Origin: Eledone cirrhosa
Taxonomy: Eukaryota
DNA length: 64,000 bases
Direction: 5' to 3'
Assembly (NCBI GenBank): GCA_964016885.1
Contig: OZ024747.1
Coordinates: forward strand, 8,928,001 to 8,992,000
Positions 26,580 through 37,642 of this stretch are shown here, piece by piece (the first letter of the stretch is position 1; every line of letters begins with the position of its first letter). The position numbers and the translations under genes were made by a program. The notes below the pieces were generated by a model. That model was not told the origin of the DNA, made no database searches, and worked only from the letters and a program-made list of their open reading frames with translations.

Positions 26580-28805
26580 GGTAGTAAAGACGGGTCATTA
26601 TAAAAAAAACAAGGAAAGAGAAGGGGTTAAAAACTGGTCCTTATAGATAAAAACAAGGGACAAAGTCAGTAAAGATTGGTCTTATATAGACAAAAACAAA
26701 GTTAGTAAAGACTTGTCTTTTGTAGAGAAATAGGGTGGGGTTTACTAAAGACTGGTCTTATATAAAGAGACCCAAGGAGGGGGATTAGAAAAGACTGGTT
26801 TTATATAAGAGAGAAACAAGGAGAAAGTTTAGTAAAGATTGGTCTTATGTAAACAGGTACAAGGGGAGGGTGGGCTAAGTAAAGACTGGTCTTATATAGA
26901 CAGGTACAAGGAGAGGGTTGGCTTAGTAAAGACTGGTCTTATATAGACAGGTACAAGGAGAGGGTGGGCTTAGTAAAGACTGGTCTTATATAGACAGGTA
27001 CAAGGAGAGGGTGGGCTTAGTAAAGACTGGTCTTATATAGACATGTACAAGGAGGGTGGGCTTAGTAAAGACTGGTCTTATATAGATAGGTACAAGGAGA
27101 GGGTGGTCTTAGTAAAGACTGGTCTTATATAGATAGGTACAAGGAGAGGGTGGGCTTAGTAAAGACTAGTCTTATATAGACAGGTACAAGGAGAGGGTGG
27201 GCTTAGTAAAGACTGGTCTTATATAGACAGGTACAAAGAGAGGGTGATCTTAGTAAAGACTAGTCTTATATAGATAGGTAGAAGGAGAGGGTGGTCTTAG
27301 TAAAGACTAGTCTTATATAGACAGGTACAAGGAGAGGGTGGGCTTAGTAAAGACTGGTCTTATATAGACAGGTACAAGGAGAGGGTGGGCTTAGTAAAGA
27401 GTGGTCTTATATAGACATGTACAAGGAGGGTGGGCTTAGTAAAGACTGGTCTTATATAGATAGGTACAAGGAGAGGGTGGTCTTAGTAAAGACTGGTCTT
27501 ATATAGACAGGTACAAAGAGAGGGTGATCTTAGTAAAGACTAGTCTTATATAGATAGGTAGAAGGAGAGGGTGGTCTTAGTAAAGACTAGTCTTATATAG
27601 ACAGGTACAAGGAGAGGGTGGGCTTAGTAAAGACTGGTCTTATATAGACAGGTACAAGGAGAGGGTGGGCTTAGTAAAGACTGGTCTTATATAGACATGT
27701 ACAAGGAGGGTGGGCTTAGTAAAGACTGGTCTTATATAGATAGGTACAAGGAGAGGGTGGTCTTAGTAAAGACTGGTCTTATATAGATAGGTACAAGGAG
27801 AGGGTGGGCTTAGTAAAGACTAGTCTTATATAGACAGGTACAAGGAGAGGGTGGGCTTAGTAAAGACTGGTCTTATATAGACAGGTACAAAGAGAGGGTG
27901 ATCTTAGTAAAGACTAGTCTTATATAGATAGGTAGAAGGAGAGGGTGGTCTTAGTAAAGACTAGTCTTATATAGACAGGTACAAGGAGAGGGTGGGCTTA
28001 GTAAAGACTGGTCTTATATAGACAGGTACAAGGAGAGGGTGGGCTTAGTAAAGAGTGGTCTTATATAGACATGTACAAGGAGGGTGGGCTTAGTAAAGAC
28101 TGGTCTTATATAGATAGGTACAAGGAGAGGGTGGTCTTAGTAAAGACTGGTCTTATATAGATAGGTACAAGGAGAGGGTGGGCTTAGTAAAGACTAGTCT
28201 TATATAGACAGGTACAAGGAGAGGGTGGGCTTAGTAAAGACTGGTCTTATATAGACAGGTACAAAGAGAGGGTGATCTTAGTAAAGACTAGTCTTATATA
28301 GATAGGTAGAAGGAGAGGGTGGTCTTAGTAAAGACTAGTCTTATATAGACAGGTACAAGGAGAGGGTGGGCTTAGTAAAGACTGGTCTTATATAGACAGG
28401 TACAAGGAGAGGGTGGGCTTAGTAAAGACTGGTCTTATATAGACATGTACAAGGAGGGTGGGCTTAGTAAAGACTGGTCTTATATAGATAGGTACAAGGA
28501 GAGGGTGGTCTTAGTAAAGACTGGTCTTATATAGATAGGTACAAGGAGAGGGTGGGCTTAGTAAAGACTAGTCTTATATAGACAGGTACAAGGAGAGGGT
28601 GGGCTTAGTAAAGACTGGTCTTATATAGACAGGTACAAAGAGAGGGTGATCTTAGTAAAGACTAGTCTTATATAGATAGGTAGAAGGAGAGGGTGGTCTT
28701 AGTAAAGACTAGTCTTATATAGACAGGTACAAGGAGAGGGTGGGCTTAGTAAAGACTGGTCTTATATAGATAGGTAGAAGGAGAGGGTGGTCTTAGTAAA
28801 GACTT
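26580..28805. repeat. 47-bp minisatellite (about 41 homogeneous units at ~26878-28803 plus ~7 degenerate units) immediately 3' of the centrin stop
   Basis: Unit TTAGTAAAGACTGGTCTTATATAGACAGGTACAAGGAGAGGGTGGGC; a 45-bp variant recurs at 27041, 27415, 27695, 28069 and 28443. Confidence 0.97.
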
Positions 28806-28830
28806 ATTATTTATAGGGAGGAAGTAGGGG

Positions 28831-28920
28831 TCAGTAAAGACTGGTTTTCTTCATGATACGTAGAAACTCTTCTTGGTTCACTTCACCATCGTTGTCACGG
28901 TCAGCTTCATCTATCATTTC
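28831..28920 (-). CDS. CETN2: Centrin (CETN1/2-type), coding exon 5
   Basis: ctgtag|EMIDEADRDNDGEVNQEEFLRIMKKTSLY*; EF-hand 4 and the diagnostic KKTSLY terminus. Confidence 0.97.
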   Translation of the reverse strand, partial: EMIDEADRDNDGEVNQEEFLRIMKKTSLY

Positions 28921-29104
28921 CTACAGAGAAAGAAATACAAGAGGAAAGGTTGCTAATGAGAGATTCAGGTAAAGCAGTGAAGGTGTGTATTTATATATAC
29001 AACAACTATCTTAAGGCCATCTTCCTTTCTAAAGCTGGGGTTAGCCTTGTGAGGGATTTACTGGAATTATTAATTATTTCACTACTAAGATAGTAACTGA
29101 ATAC

Positions 29105-29310
29105 GTTTTTTCTTGTTCTTCTTCACCCACTTATTCCTCAGAAGGTTGTGTGGGGCGGTGTCCTCAAGCACGCCTTCAAGAGGGTCCTGTCAGAAGCAAC
29201 TGTCTCCGATTGATCCAGTTGGATCTCTAAGTGAGACCAGCTGAGCTAATGAATGTTATCCAACAGTCTTGCTTGGGGTCCATAACTGCCAGTTGGTTTT
29301 GCCCATAACT
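29105..29310 (-). mobile_element. RTE (Expander/Rex3-like) LINE 3' end fragment
   Basis: Minus translation KPTGSYGPQARLLDNIH*LSWSHLEIQLDQSETVASDRTLLKACL resembles an RTE C-terminus; ends in a (GAA)-like tail. Confidence 0.55.
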
Positions 29311-29669
29311 GAACACATAATTCTGATGTAAAATTATGTTGAAAAATTAAAATTTAAATAGAAGGCCCTTTAAAATGGGTGGTTTTGTTTCACAGAACTA
29401 GAGTTGATTTTGGCTGGGTTGGTATCAAAAGGGTTAAACATTTCCCTTTATTTATAAGTTACTGACATCATCTTTGTTTTTACTGATGGCATGGGTTGGA
29501 TGGAACTTTCTGAGGCAAAGTTTCACAGCTAGATGCCCCTCCTAACACTAACTCTTTTAGCTGTTTTTTATGACATCCGGATATACGGTGTACCTATTCT
29601 AAACCAGATGAATAATATTTAATTCATTTGGTCCCTACACCCAGATAAATGAAAGTTATAGACACTTAC

Positions 29670-29854
29670 TTGCAGTTCCTCATCAGTCAGATTCTCTCCA
29701 AGTTCCTTAGCAACACGCTTCAGATTTTTAAATGAAATTTTTCCAGTTTCATCATCATCAAACAGTCTGAATGCCTTAAGTATCTCTTCCTTTGTGTCTT
29801 TATCACTCATCTTCTGGGACATGATGGTTAGAAAGTCATTGAAGTCAATAGTTC
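29670..29854 (-). CDS. CETN2: Centrin coding exon 4
   Basis: ttctag|(G)[61 protein letters not shown]|gtaagt; 185 nt, phase-compatible with its neighbours. Confidence 0.97.
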
Positions 29855-30339
29855 CTAGAATAGCCAACAGAGGTCGCAGACAACAAAATGAATATTTCAA
29901 AGAGATATTGAAAAAATGTTAACAAACTCAGTTAACTCGTAACATTCTGTAATGATTTGCAGCAAACAAAAATATCTACAAGCAAATTTGTTAAATCAAA
30001 TGTTTATAGTATCTAAACTATTAGACATATTGTTGCAAAAATTTGCAGATTTAGACTATAGACTTTAATCTTTAACAGACATAAGGCTGTAGTGTACTTT
30101 TCATGACTGTCTCGTGCTATATAGGTTTCATGCTGTACAGGATGTTAAGAGTTAATAATATATATTCACACACATAGAGCTCAACAATCCTCTACACACA
30201 ACCTCAACACACCACCAGCCAACTGTATAACAACATATAAACATAAACTAAAAAATTTAACCAGGAAAATAAAATTGAATTCCTCCCAACAAAAAAAGAA
30301 ATTTACATAGAAATGGGTCAGTTGAAAATCAATACATAC

Positions 30340-30421
30340 CAGTGCCATTTTTGTCTACTTGAGCAATCATTGATTTGATGTCCTCTTTCTTAGGTTCAAA
30401 CCCCAGAGCTCTCATGGCAAC
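30340..30421 (-). CDS. CETN2: Centrin coding exon 3
   Basis: caatag|[28 protein letters not shown]|gtatgt; 82 nt. Confidence 0.97.
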
Positions 30422-30695
30422 CTATTGATAAAAGGAACCATCATTATCACATTGAAACTATCAACAATCTTGGACATCTTTAACATTCTAGAAAAGAAAC
30501 CACAATGGTCATCCCACACTTCATCTTCTACCTGGGTTGATAGTGATTAAAGGTGTCTTGGGCAGTAAAACAGCCAATATGACCTCACCACCACACTGTA
30601 TCTAATATACAAACTGCTGCACTGCATTTAACACAACATGCCCAGACAGCTGCACTACAGTTTACATTTTATATACTAATACAGCTACACTACAC

Positions 30696-31316
30696 CAAAG
30701 GTTCTCAACGGGAGGCATATGCACCCCCGGGGGGCGTTTCGGAACTCCAGGGGGGCGTTTGGGAGCAAGGTCGCGTTAGGGGGGGGGGGGGGGCGTTTAG
30801 AGCTGAGGGAGGCTCTCTATTTTGGTAAGTTTTATAAGCCATATTTGTATGTCTTTGAGACAGCCAGTGTGAATGCATTTGAATGAGCTTGCAGACAGCA
30901 TAACTATAGTCTGACCGCAGGTGTGCAAGCATGTCCGGTAATTGAGATCCTAAACATGGAAAAACCCACAGTCAACTGGGTCAAAGACACTTTGAGCGCA
31001 GCCAGTTAGAATCTTATTTTTCCTTCACCGATAACAATGTATTTCATATCTGAAATTATTGACTCAACTGCAACGAGTTAACACTATGTAGATCTATTTT
31101 ATTCCCTATTGTATAAATAATATTACAAATAAAAAAAAAACAGGACCCACATACAACACATAATCAGATAATACACACATCTTTGGAATATTGTTAATCA
31201 ATTTTTTAGTAATCTACTGATATAAAAATCAGTAGTATATTGAAAAATGGAAAAATAGGGGGGGGGGGGGGGGGCGTTTCGTGATTTCGAGGGCCTAAAT
31301 GGGTTGAGAACCTGTG
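30696..31316. mobile_element. Non-autonomous hAT (Charlie/Buster-like) DNA transposon in centrin intron 2
   Basis: TIRs CAAAGGTTCTCAAC / GTTGAGAACCTGTG and a perfect 8-bp TSD CACTACAC (30688-30695 and 31317-31324) with central TA. Confidence 0.88.
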
Positions 31317-31464
31317 CACTACACTACACCACTCTCCATACTATCACTGCACTACACAACACTCCATACTAATACTGCTACACTACACTACACCACTCTC
31401 CATAGTAAAAAAACAATGATGATGATGACAATGTATGACTTTGAATTAAGGGAAAACTCATTTT

Positions 31465-32038
31465 CTTTCCAGCTGACTGGACTGGAGCAATGTAAAAAAA
31501 AAGTGTTTTGCTCAGGACATGAGGAGCTATCTGGTCCAGGGATTGAACTCACAATTTTACAGTCATGAGCCCAGCATTTTAACTACTAAGCCACATGACT
31601 TCACAAAAGCTGTCATAAAAGACATTTGACCCAAGTGTCATGCAGTAGAACCAGGAGTCATATGGCTGTGAGATGGACTTCATTAGAACACATTGATGCC
31701 TACAAAGCAGCAACATGTAAGAGGTAGTATCAACTCCAGTACTTAGCACTAGTACACCATATCCCAATGTAGAGAGGAATATATGCTATTACTATTAAAG
31801 TCTGTCCCAAGGATAATTAAGTCAGTGCTTATTCCAGTGTCATTGGCATTAAGTGACTGAAAGTACAAGACAACTGTCCATTGCAAGGTTAACCCTCAGC
31901 TACAGCTGGTACTAATTTTCAGCTGAATGTTCCAGAGCAATGTGCTCAAGAACACAATGCACACCTGGTTTAGGAATCAAACCCATGACATTATGACCGA
32001 CAGCCCAACGTCCTAACCATTAAGCCATGTGCCTTCAC
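31465..32038 (-). mobile_element. Two CORE-type SINE family B-related copies
   Basis: ggagcaatgt...gctcaggaca / gctcaagaacacaatgc and taaccattaagccatgtgccttc heads at about 31465-31603 and 31820-32038. Confidence 0.7.
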
Positions 32039-32282
32039 TTATGCCAGTGTAGAGTGGAATATAGTATATCTATACTACTCCAGCCTGTTAAGGTAGTAGT
32101 GCCAGAGTTACTACAAAATGTTCCCAGTACATGCTATAAAGTGTTTGATGTTGGGAAGGGCATTGAGCCACAGACACCAAGCCAAAAGTGGGATACATGA
32201 CATAATCACCTAACTAATCTAGCCTCAGATTGTGACAACCTACCCAAACCCATGCAAACATGGAAAATAGATGATGATACTA

Positions 32283-32438
<156 letters not shown>

Positions 32439-33324
32439 CTACAGGGTAAAAAACAAGGGATATAATCTGAAACTTTGAATTAATTCAATGACCTGTACTA
32501 CATGAAACCACATTAACAAGACATTCTTGAAAAATACTGTGACTGTATCACATTAACAAAAAAATCCAACTGTTTGTTAAAATATATATATATAATCCAA
32601 AATACCATAACGGTATTTAGGGGGCTAGGCAAAACTTGCCCTTAAGTATTGTTAAGTTTGGGTAGAAGGAAGCATCGGTTGACTGTTTCACGTACTCGTA
32701 GCAAGAACTAAAAGCAGTTTTATTGTAATGTTTATCAAATGTTTCTTCAAAAGTGTTTTGCAAAATAGATCTCTAAAAAACATTTCTATCAAAATGTTCT
32801 TCTTGTCTTTATTATGTGTATGTATCTATTCATCCAGACACGGCAGATTCTGAATCTCTGATAAACAGTTATTGAAAAACAAAGGCACACACACAAAAAA
32901 AAGTTATAGGAGTGAATGCTTGATCTGAAACTCTTTCTTACACACACATACATATCTTCGGTTAGCCTTTCTTCGATGTTGTTTACTTGTCTCACTCGCT
33001 TTACGCGTTTCACTTGTCCCAATAGCTTATTTTAGTTATTGCTCGCACCAACGTGAGGTATATGATTTTTAATGCGATGAAATACCAATGATCGTTGGCA
33101 AATCACTGATGAGGGACTAATTTTATAATATGTAATCCATGTGCAACCATGCAGTATTCTTCTCCCCATATTTTATATATATATGTGTGTGTGTATATAT
33201 ATATATAAGAGAGAGAGAGAGGCCAACAGAGAGAGATAGGAACAAGAATATACATGTATCTACGAGGATTCTTTCGTAGCTGAGTATCAGTCTCAAATGT
33301 TTATAAATAAATAAAATTAAATAA

Positions 33325-33560
33325 AAAGACTAAAGTTCGTCTGGCACGGACATGTATCCTGCCCAGACTCCCTCTTCCAACCCATTCTACAAGGCACAGT
33401 TGAAGAATGGCGAAGAAAGGCCAAACAAAGAAAATCCTGATCCGACAACATTAACGTTTGGAACACTGCGTCTCTTCTGCATATGGCAGAGACGCCTGCT
33501 TACTGCCCAAAACATCTTGAGTGCCACCCAAACAACTAGGTGCACCACAATTATGGGAAC
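33325..33560 (+). mobile_element. RTE-BovB-like LINE 3' fragment
   Basis: Translation RLKFVWHGHVSCPDSLFQPILQGTVEEWRRKAKQRKS*SDNINVW matches the 'W.GHV.R.DSL.K.ILQG.VEG.RRRGRQRK.W.DNI..W' motif. Confidence 0.8.
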
Positions 33561-33566
33561 TATATA

Positions 33567-33619
<53 letters not shown>

Positions 33620-33844
33620 GAGAGAGAGAGAGATTCCCGAGTTGCATTGGGGGTAACCACAGTTAAAAAAATGTACTCAATACATTGGTAGAGTAGAGGT
33701 ATTTTATATTTTATATAGAAATGACATCTACAGGACTAGAACTGTTTCATTCGTATGCAATCATCAGGAATTATATATTGAGAGTGAGAAGAGTATATTT
33801 GAAATATTAACACAGTAGCTATTTTGAGTTTGGCATCAACGGCG

Positions 33845-34172
<328 letters not shown>

Positions 34173-34880
34173 ACGTGTGTAGGAGTGAAGGCGAAGCAGT
34201 AAATATATGTACACAAAGTGAGTTCCATATATAATTTACATCTACAAACACCCACACACAAGCATGTCTGCTTCAATGTATAAATTCATAACATTGACTA
34301 CCTGTTGAGATGTTATGCACTCTTAGTGATTAAATAACCTGCTTCGGTAAACTAAAATTGTATTGTGTGGGGTTCATGTGCAGCCTTCTACTACATACGT
34401 ACACACACATGTATAATGTTTTCGATAGACAAACATATTTCCACACCATATGGCGCCAACAATAGACGTTACATAATTAATATTTTAAGTAGTTGTAATA
34501 GTTGTATAAACGATGTCATTGGCTTCATTCATTTCCTTCCACTACTTGTCTTTTATTACTAAAGGCCTCTACACTGGTTTACGCGGAGACAAATCACGGT
34601 ATCATCTTAGACAAGCCACATGCTACCTTCAATAATAGTATCAATACAGGAGGCCTCTATATATCCGCTTGATCTGCTAGAAATAGCGACTAAATCTGCC
34701 GCAAACATCACCCTACCATCATCTTAAAAAGGAAGGCCTCATTAGGTGATGTTGTTCCGGATACACTATTTGGATAAGAGGTCACAGTTGGGATGTCTGA
34801 TGATAGGTCTGCTCAATCAGAGTCGACCTGAGGCTAAATAATAATAAGATAAAGAAGTGTAAGGTAGATGACAGACTCAC

Positions 34881-34883
34881 CAT
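34881..34883 (-). CDS. CETN2: Centrin coding exon 1 (initiator ATG only)
   Basis: GCAATATG|GTGAGT; ATG-only first coding exons are typical of centrin and calmodulin genes; joins in phase 0 to give MASYKK..., 169 aa in total; CpG-richer 5' region at 34884-35020. Confidence 0.85.
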
Positions 34884-35806
34884 ATTGCTAGGTATTATTA
34901 TGTTGACTGTTGTGCTTAGAGATGACCTGATCTCGTTCACGTTCGATAATCTCGTAGAATATCGGGAGATGATAAACTCTCGCCAGAGGTCACTGCATAC
35001 GAGATTTCGATTGCTTGTTATTTTTTTTTCTTTCTCAATTAACTGATATTGTTTAACCCTCGGTCAACCATTAACGAGCAGAACTATGATCAAAGGTATT
35101 CTATTGGTGATCATTCATTTATTTAAAACCAAGCATTGTATATCTAGGACTATGTTATTCAAAGTACATTTTTACTATTACATCCGTCTCACTTTGGAGG
35201 TGAAATTCATAATTTTCCTATGTTTTTTGTTATGACTTAAACGGAGTGGAGATGGTCTTGGGTAAAATAGGAGTTGGGTTTGGTGCAGTGAAGGCGAGGA
35301 AAGTTAATATGGATGGATGGGTGATTAGGTTAGGTCACATACTGGTTGACGGGAGACATTAACTCTATCTAATATATGTATGATATACAGACATAAGCTA
35401 ACCAATTCCTAGCCATTGAACGCAGAACAGCAAAAAGTTTTCAATATGTAGAAATAACAATACTGTACACAAAAGAAGCAGTTCTTTAAATCAGTCCATT
35501 TACTATCTCGATTATATCTCTGACATCGTTCCATACTTATTAATCGAGACCGGTGTTTGCTAATTGTGTCACGTCTCATTTGGTGGCTAACGTAGAATTT
35601 TTTCTCTTTATTTTTATGTATTTTCTGTGTAGGTTGTACCTTGTTTGTCTCAAAAACTTGAATTTTGACTTAAATACCAATTTCATTTTAAGGGACAAAG
35701 CAACCTTTTCAATGATGGAATTTGGAATTGCAGATCAGGTGATGAGAGTCCTTTGTTTTTGTCTATCATCATATTGTATTTCGTTGAGCATTCAAATGAA
35801 CTACAG

Positions 35807-35891
35807 AGTCTGATGAGCTTTTGATTCTAGAGTCTGGCCTGATCGATACAGATCGAACCTTCGGCTGAGTAATAACGAAACACGTGTCACT
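35807..35891 (+). ncRNA. Type I hammerhead ribozyme motif with extended stem-loop II
   Basis: AGT-CTGATGA-G...(~58 nt)...C-GAAA-CACGTG-TC-ACT; palindromic helix III CACGTG, GUC triplet, short 3-bp helix I. Confidence 0.6.
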
Positions 35892-36218
35892 ACTTAATAA
35901 GCGTAATGAATACATAACAAATCGTCCTTTTTATTATTATCATTGCTAGCAGAAAAACCACCCTTAGGGTAGTTTTCTGTTAGCATGTGTGGTGTGCATA
36001 TTGATGTTATACACAAGTAAATATACATGTAGATATGATACATCAAATAACATCGTAAATGACAATATACACAGAAATTGAACGAAGACTGCGTTACACT
36101 GTTTTATTTAATGAGTAACGTAATCCATGATACATTAAAAAAAGACGATATTATATATAAACTGCATTAGGAGAAAATTAGTGACGGAAATATATGACTG
36201 TTTATTTAAGCGATCGCT

Positions 36219-36230
36219 AACCGGAAGTGT
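36219..36230 (+). promoter_or_regulatory. ETS/GABPA-type site (ACCGGAAGTG) about 1.3 kb upstream of the centrin ATG
   Basis: Exact consensus match in a small CpG-containing patch; function untested. Confidence 0.3.
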
Positions 36231-36530
36231 TGACATTTGAAAATTTTAAAGAAGTGAATCTTAAAATAAGTAACAAAATTATTTATATTTAAGCAATAAT
36301 AACGAAATTTAGTAGATAAATTATGTAATATTCATTCATTATTTATTCAAAGTAATCCAACTTATTTTACAAACGGGATAAAAAAATAAAAAAATTCTGG
36401 ATGCAGTCCCGCACTCCTTACTTTATTATAGTTTAGATTACACTCTGCTTAGTATTACACCTCTATACTTACTAGAATCTACGCATCGAGTGCTCACTGG
36501 TGAACCTACAGTAATTGGACGTTACAATCC

Positions 36531-36577
<47 letters not shown>

Positions 36578-36623
36578 GTTGAACAATGAAAACAAAGGTG
36601 AAGTTTAGTGCTTAATTAGTTCA

Positions 36624-36759
36624 TTGCTTTACGATCGTTTCAGAAGGTTGATTGATCATGCATGATAAATCGATATAGTGACTAATCAATACTAGTTATA
36701 CAACTCCATATTATTAGTCTCAATACTATATATCCATCTCACCATCTTCATCAGAACAA
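36624..36759 (-). ncRNA. Type I hammerhead ribozyme motif with long loop II
   Basis: Minus strand: TTGTT-CTGATGA-AGATGG...(~95 nt)...CCTTCT-GAAA-CGATCG-TA-AAGCAA; palindromic helix III CGATCG; next to (TA)n. Confidence 0.6.
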
Positions 36760-36865
36760 AGACACACACTTCTCTCTCTCTCTCTCTGTTTCCTATGTCT
36801 GTCTCTTTATGACTTAATATCCAAACAAAAGGAAAATGCTTTTATTAATGATTTTATATTCTCTA

Positions 36866-36923
36866 AGGGCGGTGAATTGGCAGTATCGGGATAATTGCTG
36901 GCCTTGTGCCAAAAGTAGAAACA
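36866..36923 (+). mobile_element. 58-bp internally deleted SINE family A copy with a 22-bp target-site duplication
   Basis: Head GGGCGGTGAATTGGCAGTATCGG fused to tail GATAATTGCTGGCCTTGTGCCAAAAGTAGAAACA; flanked by attaatgattttatattctcta at 36844-36865 and 36924-36945. Confidence 0.85.
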
Positions 36924-37213
36924 ATTAATGATTTTATATTCTCTATCTCTTCCACCTTATCTTTTATTTCTTCTCAGCTAATCAATGTGTTAGGCCTTGT
37001 CAGCATCTCTTCTTTTCAGTTGTAGCACAAGGGTTTGTAGCATAATTTCTCTTATATATAAATAGTTGAAAGACCAATCCTCTTATCTTGTGTCCATTTG
37101 TTACTGTCTGATGTGCACTAGAGCCAGTTGTATCAATTTTAAAACACTGAAACAACATATCTCTAGCAGTTGACTGATGGGACTGTGTGTTTTATTCCTT
37201 TTCCTATACTCAC

Positions 37214-37248
<35 letters not shown>

Positions 37249-37445
37249 AAAAAATGGGGAGAAGAATACTGCAGGTTGCACATGGATAACATGTAATAAA
37301 ATATATATATATATGTAGAGGTTATATTTAATTTGTTGGGATACAAGCAAAATATTTTTATAACTGATATAAAGTACTCAACAAATTAATTGGAGTAAAT
37401 ATACAATATATTAACAAATGGAAACTATATTTATAAAACCATATT

Positions 37446-37511
37446 TATTTCATTATACATATTTCAAGGGCCACCAAGGCAGATTATGGTGCGCTTTCAT
37501 CAGATAAAATA
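37446..37511 (-). ncRNA. Type I hammerhead ribozyme motif (inverted twin of 37577-37642)
   Basis: Exact reverse complement of the plus-strand motif. Confidence 0.75.
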
Positions 37512-37576
37512 TAATATAGATTAGTTTTATAAAACTGGAGTCTTTTTAAGAATATTTATAAAACTAATCTATATTA

Positions 37577-37642
37577 TATTTTATCTGATGAAAGCGCACC
37601 ATAATCTGCCTTGGTGGCCCTTGAAATATGTATAATGAAATA
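37577..37642 (+). ncRNA. Type I hammerhead ribozyme motif
   Basis: TATTTTAT-CTGATGA-AAGCGCACCA TAATCTGCCT TGGTGGCCCTT-GAAA-TATGTA-TA-ATGAAATA. 8-bp helix I with one G-U pair, well-paired helix II, quasi-palindromic helix III, overlapping AATAAA. Confidence 0.75.

Noticed and set aside
26878-28803. Each unit as an alternative 3' splice site (pyrimidine tract...AAG|ACC AGT CTT TAC TAA)
   Set aside because: No suitable in-phase donor near the end of centrin exon 5, and splicing from exon 4 would delete EF-hand 4; unsupported without transcripts.
26580-28805. CRISPR-like look (conserved core with variable linkers at the distal end)
   Set aside because: Eukaryotic context, linkers are homologous to each other, no cas genes; it is a minisatellite.
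33735-33775. Minus-strand CTGATGA...GAAAC hammerhead-like core
   Set aside because: Helix I and helix III cannot be formed convincingly; at most a decayed copy.
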